A DNA stretch of 63,331 nucleotides, the filler included, from Octopus bimaculoides (Eukaryota): assembly GCF_001194135.2 (NCBI RefSeq). It is 6 parts of 5 records of this genome, joined end to end, with 100 filler letters (N's around TTAATTAATTAA, not from the genome) between each part and the next. Parts side by side here need not be neighbours in the genome. Positions count along the whole stretch, not along the records: positions 1 to 22,510 come from NC_068993.1; 5 more parts are not named here. One strand, 5' to 3'. This document shows, piece by piece, positions 1-12,237 of the stretch (its first letter is position 1; the number at the start of each line of letters is the position of its first letter). The position numbers and the translations under genes are program-made. The notes beneath the pieces were generated by a model that had not been told where the DNA came from, did no database searches, and was given only the letters and a program-made list of their open reading frames with translations.

Positions 1-234
1 TTCTTTAACAAATCAATTGCTGTGTACGTCTTATGTATTTTCTTACTTCCAAGATTTATATTTTCGACAACTTCGGTCTGCAATTTGGATTCCCTTTCTG
101 TTTGAAGTTTCTGAATAAGTTTTACCGCAATCTCAGCACTTTTCTTATTTGTTCTAGCTATCTTCTCAAATGCCTTTTCAGCTTTTGTAAATCTCCCTTT
201 ATTAAGAAGCCATCTTGGAGATTCAGGAAGGTAT
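1..234 (-). CDS. SLC22-family transporter gene B, exon 5 (runs off window start)
   Basis: Acceptor ttggcAG at 235-236. Phase matches exon 4 (AA|A = Lys). Reads KYLPESPRWLLNKGRFTKAEKAFEKIARTNKK...KTYTAIDLLK, with the SLC22 PESPRWL and YTxxDL motifs. Confidence 0.93.
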
Positions 235-469
235 CTGCCAAATAAGATCATTGATAGACAGTGAGATAACGTTGAAATGTTTTAGAAGTGAAAAATGAAA
301 TTATGCAATAATAAATTTGAACTGATAATAGTTTCATGCAATTTAGGCTCAAACAAAGTAATTTAATTAGTACAGAAATGTGGATCTATAACTTGGTAGC
401 TTGTAGGTTTACTGTCTCTCTGTGCTGTAAAGGGATTCCTGGAAAAAAAATTACACCTTGCCTGGAATT

Positions 470-606
470 AATTTTCCTATCTATGGGAAACTGGAAAAGA
501 TTCCTGGGGGACTGCTTCACATTTTGGGACATAAATAAGGAGGATCTTACACGATTCCTTAAATTAATAAAGAACACGTATGAATCGATCCGGTTCACAT
601 TGTAAA
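470..606 (+). mobile_element. Penelope-like retroelement RT fragment
   Basis: GNWKRFLGDCFTFWDINKEDLTRFLKLIKNTYESIRFT resembles the PLE RT core WxRFLDDxFxxW...SIxFT; the catalytic DD is degenerate. Confidence 0.7.
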
Positions 607-1170
607 TGAATGGAATTTTATTATTATTATTATTATTATTTTCTCATTAGCAGATCGGGAAAAGAAAGCCTAGCGGAATTTTGTCCGTTTTCCCGTTCTG
701 AGTTCAAATTCAGTCGACTTTGCCTTTCGTTCTTCGGGGCCGATAAAATATGTACTATTTAAGCACTGAAGTGGACGTAATCGATATACCACCCCCCTCC
801 ACGAAACTTCTAGTCTTGTTCCAAACTTTGAAGTCCATATCTAGAATTTCTCTTCGTCCCGTTTCGAAAATATTGGAATAATTTTGACAAGATGAAAAGT
901 GCTACACAATTGAAAACCAAAATTTGTTGCACGCTCTGCGATAAATATGCATAGAAAATAATAATGAGCAGTCAAAGTTCACTACAACATCTCTTTATAT
1001 TATGATGTGATGCACGTATATACACTCATATACGTGTATGCATCTATCAATCTCCCTCTCTTATATATGTCATGTATGCATACATGTGTGTGTTTGCGAT
1101 GAGGTGTTAGTATGAGGACAACTTTAATATCTGTTCAGATTTTCGTTACAGAATGCACAACTTTACTTAC

Positions 1171-1342
1171 TTAAATGCTACAATGAAAATTAAAATATGT
1201 GGAATAATTGTAGCGTATAACAGATGTTGCCATTTAGGAAATACATATGCCACACCAGCGAGAATCATTGCTCCAAGACCATAGGTTCCATGCATGAGGT
1301 AATTCAAACGCGATCTGTAGTTTTGGGTGACACATTCTTGCA
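1171..1342 (-). CDS. SLC22-family transporter gene B, exon 4 (172 bp)
   Basis: ttacAG acceptor and GTAAGT donor. Reads (L)QECVTQNYRSRLNYLMHGTYGLGAMILAGVAYVFPKWQHLLYATIIPHILIFIVAF(K), i.e. TM5-TM6. Phases 1/2 fit the neighbouring exons. Confidence 0.92.
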
Positions 1343-2559
1343 CTGTAATATAGAAAAAGGCATCAAGCTAAAATGTCTTAATATAATATATTACAAATAC
1401 AAATAGGGGCTTCAATTTTTGTCACAAGGCCAGCAATTTTAGGGGAAGGGGACGCGTTGATTGCATTAATCCCAATGTTCACCTGGTTTTTATTTTATCG
1501 ACACCGAAAGGATGAAAGGCAAAGTCGGCCTCGGCGGAATTTGAACTCAGTTTTCAACCATCGGTTCAATCAAAGTTACACTTCACCAGAATTTGCAGCG
1601 TTTGATTACGCAAAAGATAATGAAATCTTTGCAATGAGATGTATCTATTGCATATCTTTTAGAGTAATTACTGTAATTCGTTACAATTACGAGTTACATT
1701 TATCTGCATTCTCAGTTCAAATCGTACCATATACTTACCAGTTTGTGCCACAATAAATATTGGACTATTTTTGCTCTATCGTTATATGCTGACCAAGCAA
1801 TTTTTAATCGTCTTCCTCAGAATATCCATGTTATTGGTTGTTGAAGATTGTTCTGTACAATACTACTAATTATTCGCGAATCCAGCTACTATTGTCATTC
1901 TGTCAATTCTAACAGTATCTATATATTTGTCTATGAGTTCTATCTAGTTCGACCATGCAATCCACTAATTTGAGGTTGGGGTAATTGAGATGAAAAACGT
2001 TGTAATTGAGATTAAAAAAACGCCGACCATATAATCTACCTACTTACCGACCTCACAAATTCCCTACTTAGATACGCTCTAGTTTATGGGACCGGCTGTT
2101 TCATTTATGCAGTGGAACATTAGCAAATTGCTACAATAGTTGAAGAAGATTATACAGATTTTCACTGCTTTCCGTTTGGTTAACCACACACAATCCGAGC
2201 ATGACTCTAAAATACGATTCCTGTAACTTAAAAACACTAACGACCAAAGCGTTTCCCTTTTTCTCTGCTGGTGAATTGATTTTTGTTTTATTTGTTCAAC
2301 TGGTCTCTGTGAAAAAATTTGCTATGCTCCAGTTTCCACGAATTCCTACTCCTAATCGGACAAAATATCAGTTGAAGCAGGCGAATTTATTCATGTTTGT
2401 GCATTTTGAGTCGTTTTTGTTTTTGTAGTTTTCTTGTTCTGGGAAAAAAGCGCAAATGAGATACCTCCTGTTTCTAAAGTGGTGAAAGAAATCTCCCACT
2501 TTGGTATAAGTTTTGTTTCTTCTAGAAAAACTGCTATTACTTCTGTTGCGGTGTTGGTA

Positions 2560-3120
2560 TTTTAAATCAACAAACAAGGCCGGATTTGGATACAAATATT
2601 ATAGAAAAACAATCAACCATCGTTTGTAAACGAGCGTCTTCAAGTTGTATAATCCTCATGATAAACTCGTAATACTAAAGCAAGCAGCAGATGAATTCAT
2701 CAGAGAAATGTATATGAAATAGAGATTAGAAACATACAACAGAATAACCTTCAACAGGTAAAAATTAAGAACGATATCCTGTTAGATACAGTCACAGAAA
2801 TAATAAGAGAATTCAACCAAACACAGATATCTGGGAAGTGTACAATATACAAATTAAAGAAAATATTACATAATAAAGGACATATTTGATGCTCCTACAA
2901 TATGAAATATTCGTGGGCTGAGTGTCATTGATCATAGATATATTTTATAATTAGGGCTGACCATAGGCTACAAAGCAATCAATTACACATTAAAAACAAG
3001 CGACCGCAACAAGATATAACAGACTATCATACAAGCACATTTCTACACACTAAAAAAAAAAATGATAGAGCATACACCACAGAAGCCCAAATTATGATGC
3101 AACAAAGACATGCATGTAAG
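2560..3120 (+). mobile_element. Probable highly decayed Penelope-like C-terminal (GIY-YIG region) remnant
   Basis: A-rich coding-like strand with many stops, ending in QKPKL, similar to the KPxLN PLE terminus. Boundaries approximate. Confidence 0.35.
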
Positions 3121-3166
3121 TGTTAAAAATCAAAAGTTGGTATCTATAGAATTTTCAAATACTTAC

Positions 3167-3321
3167 AGATGGTGAATAAAATTAGATACGTGCCAGCAAC
3201 TCCGAAACCTTCAAGAATGTAGATAACGAAAAAGACTATAATATTTGGTGAGTATATTTTAATTAAACCGCACAATATGCTGAGTGCATTCGCGACACAG
3301 AACATCTTAAATCGGCCAAAT
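3167..3321 (-). CDS. SLC22-family transporter gene B, exon 3 (155 bp)
   Basis: tttttggcAG acceptor and GTAAGT donor. Reads FGRFKMFCVANALSILCGLIKIYSPNIIVFFVIYILEGFGVAGTYLILFTI, completing MFS motif A (SDSFGR) across the junction. Confidence 0.92.
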
Positions 3322-4089
3322 CTGCCAAAAATAAAATTATAGTGACGAATTATTGTTTCAGGGTTTTTAAAAAAAAATTTATTATTTAAAATTCTGTTAG
3401 AAATCGAATTCCTTACATGCCACTTCATAAAACACCCAGTTTTCTCTCTCTGGCCTTCTCTCCATCTCTTTCACTCTCTCTCTCGCTCTCTTCTCTCTCT
3501 CGCTCTCTTCTCTCTCTCGCTCTCTTCTCTCTCTCGCTCGCTTGTTCGATTGCTTTTCGTTGTCGCTCTCTCACTTTTATCTCTCATCACACACACACAC
3601 ACACACACACACATCTGTATATGTGTATATACGAGGGTTGTGCCGAAAACAATGCAAAAGTGGGTATAGAGATACAAGGAGGGTGGTGAGAGGAATTTCG
3701 GGTATTTTTAGTGAAATTTTCTACAAATAACTTAGATGTACAGGTTATGATTTGGCTGGAATTTAATGTGAAAGAAATTCAGCGAAATGGAGCAGATAGA
3801 TATTTCACTCATTTCGACTTTGTTTTCTCATATATTTTGATGATTTAGACTTCAGTTATGTTGAAAAATTATGTCTTAACAGCATTTCTTTCGGATTTAT
3901 CATCTGAGTTCAAATTCCGCCGAGGTCGACTTTACCTTTCATCTTTTAGGGACCGATAAATAAGTACCAGTGAAGCAACAGGTTCGTTGGCATTTTCTCA
4001 TATTGACGGAATGTCAAAACCCAAGGTTAGCAGAGTTGAAAAGGGAAGTCATCCAGTTGACAACAGAAACTTGACAAGCGTCTCTTAAA

Positions 4090-4690
4090 TATAACTAACT
4101 TCAAGCATAGATAGTCGGTGTTGTTCGTTGACTTAATGAGTGTGTGCGTGTGTGTGTTTTGTTTTCTTTTTGGCGATAGTTCAAAAATGGAAATTTTGAC
4201 CTCAAAGACGCACCTCGTTCTGGCCATCCAGTTGAGTTCGATTAAGATCGATTAAACCAACTTTTGCACGAAAATTCTCGTCAAACGACAAGGAAACTGG
4301 CAGAGAAAATGGAATGCACCCATACTGCTATAGAAAAGTATCTTTACTCGATGGGAAAGGTTCAGAAGTATGGAGCATGGGTTCCGCATGCTTTATGTGA
4401 CTACAACNNNNNNNNNNNNNNNNNNNNNNNNNNNNNNNNNNNNNNNNNNNNNNNNNNNNNNNNNNNNNNNNNNNNNNNNNNNNNNNNNNNNNNNNNNNNN
4501 NNNNNNNNNNNNNNNNNNNNNNNNNNNNNNNNNNNNNNNNNNNNNNNNNNNNNNNNNNNNNNNNNNNNNNNNNNNNNNNNNNNNNNNNNNNNNGGGATTA
4601 TCTATTACGAATTGCTTTAACGGAACCAAACGGTCAACGCAGAACTCTGTGTTCAACAGATGGAATGACTCAACACGGGAATCCAATTAC
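4090..4690 (+). mobile_element. Mariner (Mos1-like) transposase remnant spanning an N gap
   Basis: HTH segment RQTTRKLAEKMECTHTAIEKYLYSMG, WVPHAL linker (WVPHEL motif) and GIIYYELL after the gap. A possible TIR, tacgagggttgtgccgaaaa, lies near 3632. Confidence 0.85.
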
Positions 4691-5213
4691 ATTGGCCCTA
4701 GTGCTGAACTTGTACTTATTTTATCGATCTGAAAAGGATGAAATATGAAGTGGTTCTCGGTGGAATTTGAGCTCAGGACGAAAGGACAGACGAAAGGACA
4801 GACGAAAGGACAGACGAAATGCCGCGAAGTATTTTGCACGGCTTGCTAACGATTTTTGCCTGTTCGCCACCTTAATAATTATTATAATGATATTAGCATT
4901 TTGAATTGATCATTATATTGTTAGTAAAATGTAAGATTTGAACTTCAAAATCAGTTATTTAGTTAAAGATATATTTACAGCTATTGGATGCCATACTGAC
5001 CCACAATCTGACTTGCAATCTAGTTAAATGTTCACAAACCATACATCTATCATTGTTCAGACAATACACATAGTGCACCTGGTTGGCGTCTTGTCAGTGT
5101 ATTTATTACTCGACGTCCGTCATATAATTATATTTATAAGGACTTTATACAGTTTCTGTCAACTTTTTAATTGTAAATTTGTTAGATATTTCATTATTAC
5201 ATTAAAAAGTTAT

Positions 5214-5392
5214 CACTAGCGTGGCTAGAGTGTGTGCCGCCCGGGCTACATTTTCGTTTGCCGCCTCTGGATCCCACGAAAGACACATTGTCAACAGCTA
5301 TAGCCTACGACAGGATGAAAAGTGCTGCCTCCTTAAAAATGCCGCCCGGGGCGGACCGCCCCTATTTCCATCAGCCCCTTGCTACGCTAGTG
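5214..5392. mobile_element. hAT-type MITE (179 bp) with TIRs and degenerate 8-bp TSD
   Basis: Left end CACTAGCGTGGCTAG, right end CTTGCTACGCTAGTG. Flanks AAAGTTAT and ACTGTTAT (6/8 identical). GC-rich internal GCCGCCCGGG repeats. Confidence 0.75.
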
Positions 5393-5466
5393 ACTGTTAT
5401 AGTGTTGTTGGAATTCCATTTTATTATAACCAGCGTTCTTAGAGAAAGTAAAGATTATATACTTAC

Positions 5467-5570
5467 GAGTCTGAGAGTGTACCAAAAAGTATATTTCCAA
5501 CAAGAAATCCTGCAAACATTGCTGACACCGCAATATTTTTCAACCATTCCCTTTCGCAAGCCAAATCAAA
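5467..5570 (-). CDS. SLC22-family transporter gene B, exon 2 (104 bp)
   Basis: ttttcttcAG acceptor and GTAAGT donor. Reads FDLACEREWLKNIAVSAMFAGFLVGNILFGTLSD(S), with the SLC22 F/W-D-L-x-C motif and TM2. Confidence 0.94.
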
Positions 5571-5614
5571 CTGAAGAAAATCAAAACGACATTTTAAATA
5601 GCGCTAATTGTTAA

Positions 5615-5676
<62 letters not shown>

Positions 5677-5788
5677 CTCTGTGAGTGTTTGTGTGCATGT
5701 GTGTGTGTGTGTTTGTGTGTGTATGTGTCTGTGTGTGTGTGTGCGATTATTAGTCACAGAAGCAGTTTTAATACTAAAAGTTAATACT

Positions 5789-6349
5789 TATCCACACTTA
5801 TAAGCGGATGTCACAGCATACTGCGACCATTACCACGAGGGAAATTCTCATATTGGCTTTCGGTGTATATAAGCACTCTTGTTTATATCGATAGCGGGGA
5901 GATAAATCCTCCCCCAATACCACCGCTGAGACTAGCACATCACGTTATTTCAACCTCCTCTAGTATTATCAACGGTGGATGCCCAGACGCTGGAGGTAGC
6001 AGTGATACCTCTGCTAGCGATACGTATAGAATCTCAAATAGGCACTGGTGCTGCTAAAAGACCATTGGGCATATTAAAAATAATTCTAACGCAGCATCTA
6101 CTATCAAATGAGGATAAATATTAATTTCTGGTATTAATATTGCTTCTGTCGCTCCTAATTATTTCACTGTTTTCTCCAGCGTCCAGGCATCTACGATTTA
6201 CAACGCCAGGAAGGCAGAAATTACGTGATCTGGCAGTCACGGCGATGGCGATGTAAACGAGAGTGAGCCGAAAGCCAATATGAGAGTTTCTTTCATGGTA
6301 ACTATCGCAGTATCCTGTGTTCTAATGCATTCACTTTTAAGCGGGGATA
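5789..6349. mobile_element. MITE-like element with ~75-bp imperfect terminal inverted repeats
   Basis: 5789-5863 is the approximate reverse complement of 6268-6349 (core CCGAAAGCCAATATGAGA...CGCAGTAT). Non-coding interior, flanked by microsatellites. Confidence 0.7.
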
Positions 6350-7655
6350 CCTTGTATGTATGCATGTATGTATGCATGTATGTATGTATGCATGTATGTA
6401 TGCATGTATGTATGTATGTATGTATGTATGTATGCATGTATGTATGTATTACCTTATATGTATATAGGTCATTATTCAGTTTATTTCAAGATTTCTTACC
6501 AATAGAGAAGGAACCAGTTTCTAGCCGAGATCCAAGACTCCTTCGCTTGTATATAGGGCAAAAATTATTAAAAATACGAAGATGAGGTAAAAAAAAAATA
6601 GTGTATTAGGTTTACGCTCAGGAAAAATAGAAGGAAAAGTCTTTTATATTCCTTGAGTACGCTCTTCTAGGGATAAGCGGGGAGAGAAAAAGTAGAGAGC
6701 GAAAAGGACAAACGTGTCTGAATTAGACGCGGTCACTATCAATGTTAAATTCTTAAAATCACTTCCAATATCACATACTTATACAGACACACCCAAAAAC
6801 TCATTTCTACGCATCTCAGAAAGAAGGGAATCAAACGAGCCAACGATTTAGACAACCGAGAAATTTGGAGTAAAGACGGCATGTCATTGATGATGTCGGG
6901 AATGGTAACGAAAGGACTTTGAAACCCAACTTAATAAGTGATTGATTAAAACGATTGATTATTAGTTAATTGGAAAATTGGTTGACTAGATATCTAATGA
7001 TATTAAAAAAGAAATAAAATAGGACCAGTAGATGTGTTTCTTATTGACGAAATGACCCTCCCAAGTGACAACAAAGTGATTCAATCACGAATCGAGAAAA
7101 AGTAAAACACAACAGCTTAATCTTTACTATTGAGCGATATTTTCTATCAATCTCTCAAATTACATTTAAAACGCTGCATAAGTGTTAACCAATGTTATTT
7201 GAGTCGTCTATGATCAATTTTGATTATATTAATAAAACCTCAATACTATATAGCCTAAGCAAAATGTTTCATAAGAGAAGCAACTGGAATGTTCCAATAA
7301 AACAAACCTGGACGGCCATTTTCATATACTACTCAATGTAAGTGTGTTGTTAGAGCACCAAATACAGCAATATTTAACCCCGAGGGAGCCTTTTATACAG
7401 ACGGCAATCTATATCCTACATTCAGTAGGATCTACATCGCCATTTGGCATTAATGCAGCTTCCGTCGCTAATATTTATATTTAGACGATCTAATTAAAAA
7501 TAGTGATAAGTTCATTGACGAATGCCGAACATTCTGAATGAATTCAAATTTGTACTTAATTTAAAGAGAGGAAACGAAAATATAGTAGGAAATATTGGTG
7601 ACCCTCAGAGAAAAGTAAATATTTAAATTTATATCTCTTCAGCCTTTAAGATCAG

Positions 7656-7718
<63 letters not shown>

Positions 7719-8141
7719 CATGAAGGAATAAATTACAAACATTTCGTCAGCCGGAATCTATATGAATATAAAAAGTGGACGACTTTATCTACATTGGTAT
7801 CTCTAATCCACTTTGTTTATTTCTTTTCATTGCCGTACATTTTAATCATTACAATTTTCGACTAAACTTCGTATTTCTTCTGCCACATGAAATTTTCTCC
7901 CTAGAAAATTTACAATTCTTTTCTCGCTGCATAAATAATCATTAAATGCTGCAAACTGTGGAATTGTTTTTCGCAAAGATTTCCCTTTACGTTAATCAGA
8001 AAACTAAAATTTATTTACAGTATCTACTGAAATTTCCGTTTATTGAAATCACGATTTTATAAGACTTAGGATGCGTATATATTTAAGGAACAATGATTAA
8101 AAACAAAAACAAAAACAAAAAAACGAGTTCCAACTCCTTAC

Positions 8142-8540
8142 CTCAGAGACAATAGATGACAGATGGTCAGAGTAGAACTTTCGACCATTATTACACGGTT
8201 CCTTTGTAGAATTACTGGTGGGAAGGATATAAAACCCTTCTTTAGTATCCAGGTTATACACAGAGCATCTCTCATCTTCGACAGCTGCTTTGTTTAAGAA
8301 TTCATCCAAGGTGATATTTGGTGGAATCAAAGATTCATTGAAATTTGAAGGATAACAAGCAAACGGAATTCTCTCTCTTATAAACACCATCGTTAAAACA
8401 GCTTGGGCGTGAAATATTACAAAAATGAAAATATAAATAGTAAGTTTCTTTTGAAATAAACCAAATCCACCACATTTCTTCAATATTTCTTCTGTAATTT
8501 CAGATACTGACAAATCTAAAATTGAAAACAAAGCAAACAT
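8142..8540 (-). CDS. SLC22-family transporter gene B, first recognisable coding exon (start uncertain)
   Basis: Reads EEILKKCGGFGLFQ, then TM1 and a large extracellular loop with 3 Cys and 3 N-glycosylation sequons (NES, NIT, NST), ending SIVSE|GTAAGG. ATG at 8540 is used here, but a strong acceptor (tttgttttcaattttAG) would start the exon at 8515. Confidence 0.9.
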
Positions 8541-8727
8541 TCTTTCGTAAATAAATTTCAAATGAATCGTTATCATTTAACCTTTCGGGGTCGATAGAAC
8601 AAGTATTCATAGTTATGGAGACGGTTGTGAAGATTTATGATTTGTATATTAATATGCTAGTGTGTGAATGATATGCCGTGATGGTAAAAAAGGGAGGTAA
8701 AGAGATAAATAGAGATAGGAGAAAGAA

Positions 8728-8960
8728 AAGGCGGCGAGCTGGCAGAAACGTCAGCGCGCCGGGCAAAATGCTTAGCAGTATTTCGTCTGCCGTTACGTTC
8801 TGAGTTCAAATTCCGCCGAGGTCATCTTTGCCTTTCATCCTTTCGGGGTCGATAAATTAAGTACCAGTTACGCACTGGGGTCGATCTAATCGACTTAATC
8901 CGTTTGTCTGTCCTTGTTTGTCCCTTCTATGTTTAGCCCCTTGTGGGCAATAAAGAAATA
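8728..8960 (+). mobile_element. Full-length tRNA-derived SINE (GGCGGCGAGCTGGCAGAA... family; Meta-domain-like core)
   Basis: Head with B-box-like GTTCTGAGTTCAAATTCC and core GGTCGACTTTGCCTTTCATCCTTTCGGGGTCGATAAA. About 25 further copies or fragments, e.g. ~645-800, 4695-4872, 10480-10660, 11790-11998, 23850-24040, 26466-26660, 32030-32250, 45980-46560, 54400-54822, 59760-60116, 61570-62430. Confidence 0.85.
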
Positions 8961-8969
8961 AGAAATAGG

Positions 8970-9008
<39 letters not shown>

Positions 9009-9631
9009 GAGAGTGGTATGGACTTTTCTCTTTAACGAAAATGAAGATTTAAAACAACAGAGTATTAAGCATTGTGAGAGCTTTACCAAATAATCGAACC
9101 ATAACAGAATAATACGATACAAAGATTAGTCTTCAATCTTATTCTAATGTTAACATTGTTAACTTCTTGATGTAAAGGAAAAAGCATAATAGATTACAAC
9201 TCTCAAATTAGTAGACTAATGTATAACAAAGTATATTCCTTTGAAAAATGTTCTTCCCTTGATTGCACCTTCAACACGACTGATGTAAAAAATATTCACC
9301 ACTTCGGGTATTAAAGGTTTGTAAAAATGCAATGAATCATTTATTTTGAAATGGAATTTCAAAATTGGTAACGCGTTGCATGACCCTCTCTAAAATCCAA
9401 TCCATATCACAAATTGTAAGATACCGGTAGACTTTCCACGAGTACTTCTAGATATATTTTAATATTTTATAAGTAGGGGTTGTCACTGATAATCTCTTTT
9501 GTTCAAATATATTTTGTAAACAGTTATGTTGGATTATTCAACAGAGTTGACAACTGGAATTTTTAAAATGCCAAATAAGTACACAGACACAGACACAGAC
9601 ACAGACACAGACACACAGACACACACACACA

Positions 9632-9681
<50 letters not shown>

Positions 9682-11128
9682 NNNNNNNNNNNNNNNNNNN
9701 NNNNNNNNNNNNNNNNNNNNNNNNNNNNNNNNNNNNNNNNNNNNNNNNNNNNNNNNNNNNNNNNNNNNNNNNNNNNNNNNNNNNNNNNNNNNNNNNNNNN
9801 NNNNNNNNNNNNNNNNNNNNNNNNNNNNNNNNNNNNNNNNNNNNNNNNNNNNNNNNNNNNNNNNNNNNNNNNNNNNNNNNNNNNNNNNNNNNNNNNNNNN
9901 NNNNNNNNNNNNNNNNNNNNNNNNNNNNNNNNNNNNNNNNNNNNNNNNNNNNNNNNNNNNNNNNNNNNNNNNNNNNNNNNNNNNNNNNNNNNNNNNNNNN
10001 NNNNNNNNNNNNNNNNNNNNNNNNNNNNNNNNNNNNNNNNNNNNNNNNNNNNNNNNNNNNNNNNNNNNNNNNNNNNNNNNNNNNNNNNNNNNNNNNNNNN
10101 NNNNNNNNNNNNNNNNNNNNNNNNNNNNNNNNNTATATATATGCATATATATATATATATATATAAACACATATTCATACACAGACACCTGCACACACGC
10201 ATGCACACACATATGTACATTCATTCAAGCACAGAAAACATGACGGCATTATAAAATGAAAAGAAACGAAAGTAAAAAAAAATATTCAGACCTTTGAATT
10301 CTCCAACATCTAATTCCTCGTGTAATTCCTTTAAAACGCTTGGCTCATCCTCCATGTTACAATCAGTAGTTGTCTCGTTGCAATCTCTACTGAAAAACGC
10401 CGCCTACTGATGTATTAATGAAAACAGACTGGTTCATACAATTACATTACACTACGGGGCGTAAACACAAGACAGCCTTTCGCTGGCGGAATCGTTAGTT
10501 TATCGGCATTTCATTCGTTCTTACGTTCTGAGTTTAAATTCCGCGGACCAACTTTACCTTTCATCTTTTTTGGGCTTAATAAAATAAGTTTTACTCGAAC
10601 ACGGGTTCAATATTATTACCGGGCCCCTTCCCCTAAATTTCAGCCCTTCTGCTCTTCTATATTAGAAAAGATTTTGGGGGTGCAAAATGATGATCTAATG
10701 TTATTATGCATTCTATAACCACATGAATGGCTGCGTGGTTATGAAGCTCGCTTCGCACCCACGGTTTCGGGTTCTGTCCCACTGCGCGGCACTTTGGCCA
10801 TCTTTTTTTTTTTTTACTATAGCCAGTCTATGGAAACCCATGGAATACATATATAAGCATATATGTATATACGTATGAGCTTCCGTTTGTTCCCTGCCAC
10901 TCCTTGACAGCTGGTGTTGGTTTGTTCACGCCCCCGTAGCTTAGCCGTACGGTAAAGAGACCGACTGAATAAGTACTAAGTACCAGACTTAACAAGCAAA
11001 TACTGGGGTCAATTTGTTCGACACACCTCTTGAAAGAAGTGCACCAGTATGGCCGTACTTCAGTGGCTGAAACGAGGAAACGATTAAAAAATACACACAT
11101 ATATACACCACGCGTTCACACACACACG

Positions 11129-11200
<72 letters not shown>

Positions 11201-11750
11201 TACATATCTTTTAGTTTATATTTTAGTAAAAGTATATCATTAAAGTAGCGAACTGGCAGGATCGTCAGGACACCGGACAAGAAGCTTAGCGTCACTTTGC
11301 CACGCACAACGCCGAGGAGAAGAGAACCGCTAAGCTTGAGTTACTGTCGAAAAGACCTCTTTCTTCGTGGATCCACTGAGTGTACCGGAATCCTTGGTTT
11401 CTAGACTGCCGCTCTTCTCTGTCAAATTAGAATAATATGGTCGAGGTTTTTTTCAGTTTCGCTTTTGCTACACTCCTATATGCAGAGTATATTTAAAACA
11501 AATTACTCAGCGAGAAACTAGTTCATTAATCCGGTCCCTGTAGCCTTTGCGTGTGAATGTGTGTGTGTGTGAGTGTTTATGAGTATGTGTTCGTCTCTAT
11601 GTGGCCGTGTCTTCTTGTATATCTAATTGCGAGTCTATACAATACATATAAATTGTGGGTGGTATAACAGTTTTTTGTCTATCTGCCTTTGTGTCTGCAC
11701 ATACAGGTTTTTCATACATACATTCATACATACACACAGGCATACATGCA

Positions 11751-11785
<35 letters not shown>

Positions 11786-12029
11786 TCTATTCTAGGCACA
11801 AGACCCGAAATTTTGAGGTAGGGGGCCAGCCGATAAGATCAACTCCAGTACGCAACTGGTACTTAATTTATCGATCCCGTAAAGATGAAAGCCAAAGTCG
11901 ACCTCGGAGGAATTTGAACTCAGAACGTAAAGACAGACGAAATACCGCTAAGCATTTCGCCCGGCGTGCTAACGTTTCTGCCAGCTCACCGCCTTGCAGT
12001 TTTAATAATAATAATAAACTATACACATA

Positions 12030-12187
12030 GGTGCAGAAGTGGCTGTGTGGTAAGAAGCTTCCCAACCACATGGTTCCTGGTTCAGTCCTAGTGTGTGGCA
12101 CCTTGGGCAACTGTCTTCTACTATAGCCTCGGGCCGACCAAAGCCCTGTGAGTGAATTTGGTACGCGGAAACTGAAAGAAGCTCGTC

Positions 12188-12190
<3 letters not shown>
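12030..12190 (+). mobile_element. CORE-type SINE (GGCACCTTGGGCAA...GGCCGACCAAAGCC...GAAACTGAAAGAAGCCCGTCG family)
   Basis: tRNA-like head, CORE-like CCTTGGGCAA box, ends in (TA)n. Other copies near 10740-11090, 19600-19960, 36800-37085, 41900-42180, 48640-48800 and 60400-60590. Confidence 0.75.

Positions 12191-12237
<47 letters not shown>

Noticed and set aside
5621-5803. [15 protein letters not shown] and poly-I/L/N/T ORFs throughout
   Set aside because: Translations of microsatellites, with no splice or domain support.
8728-8830. tRNA-like heads with GTTCAAAT boxes as tRNA genes
   Set aside because: They lack a cloverleaf and continue into SINE core and tail sequences.
9526-10254. Long ORFs spanning N gaps (also ~26947-28190, 52205-53516, 54747-55952, 57907-58666)
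   Set aside because: They are open only because N codons and dinucleotide repeats contain no stops.
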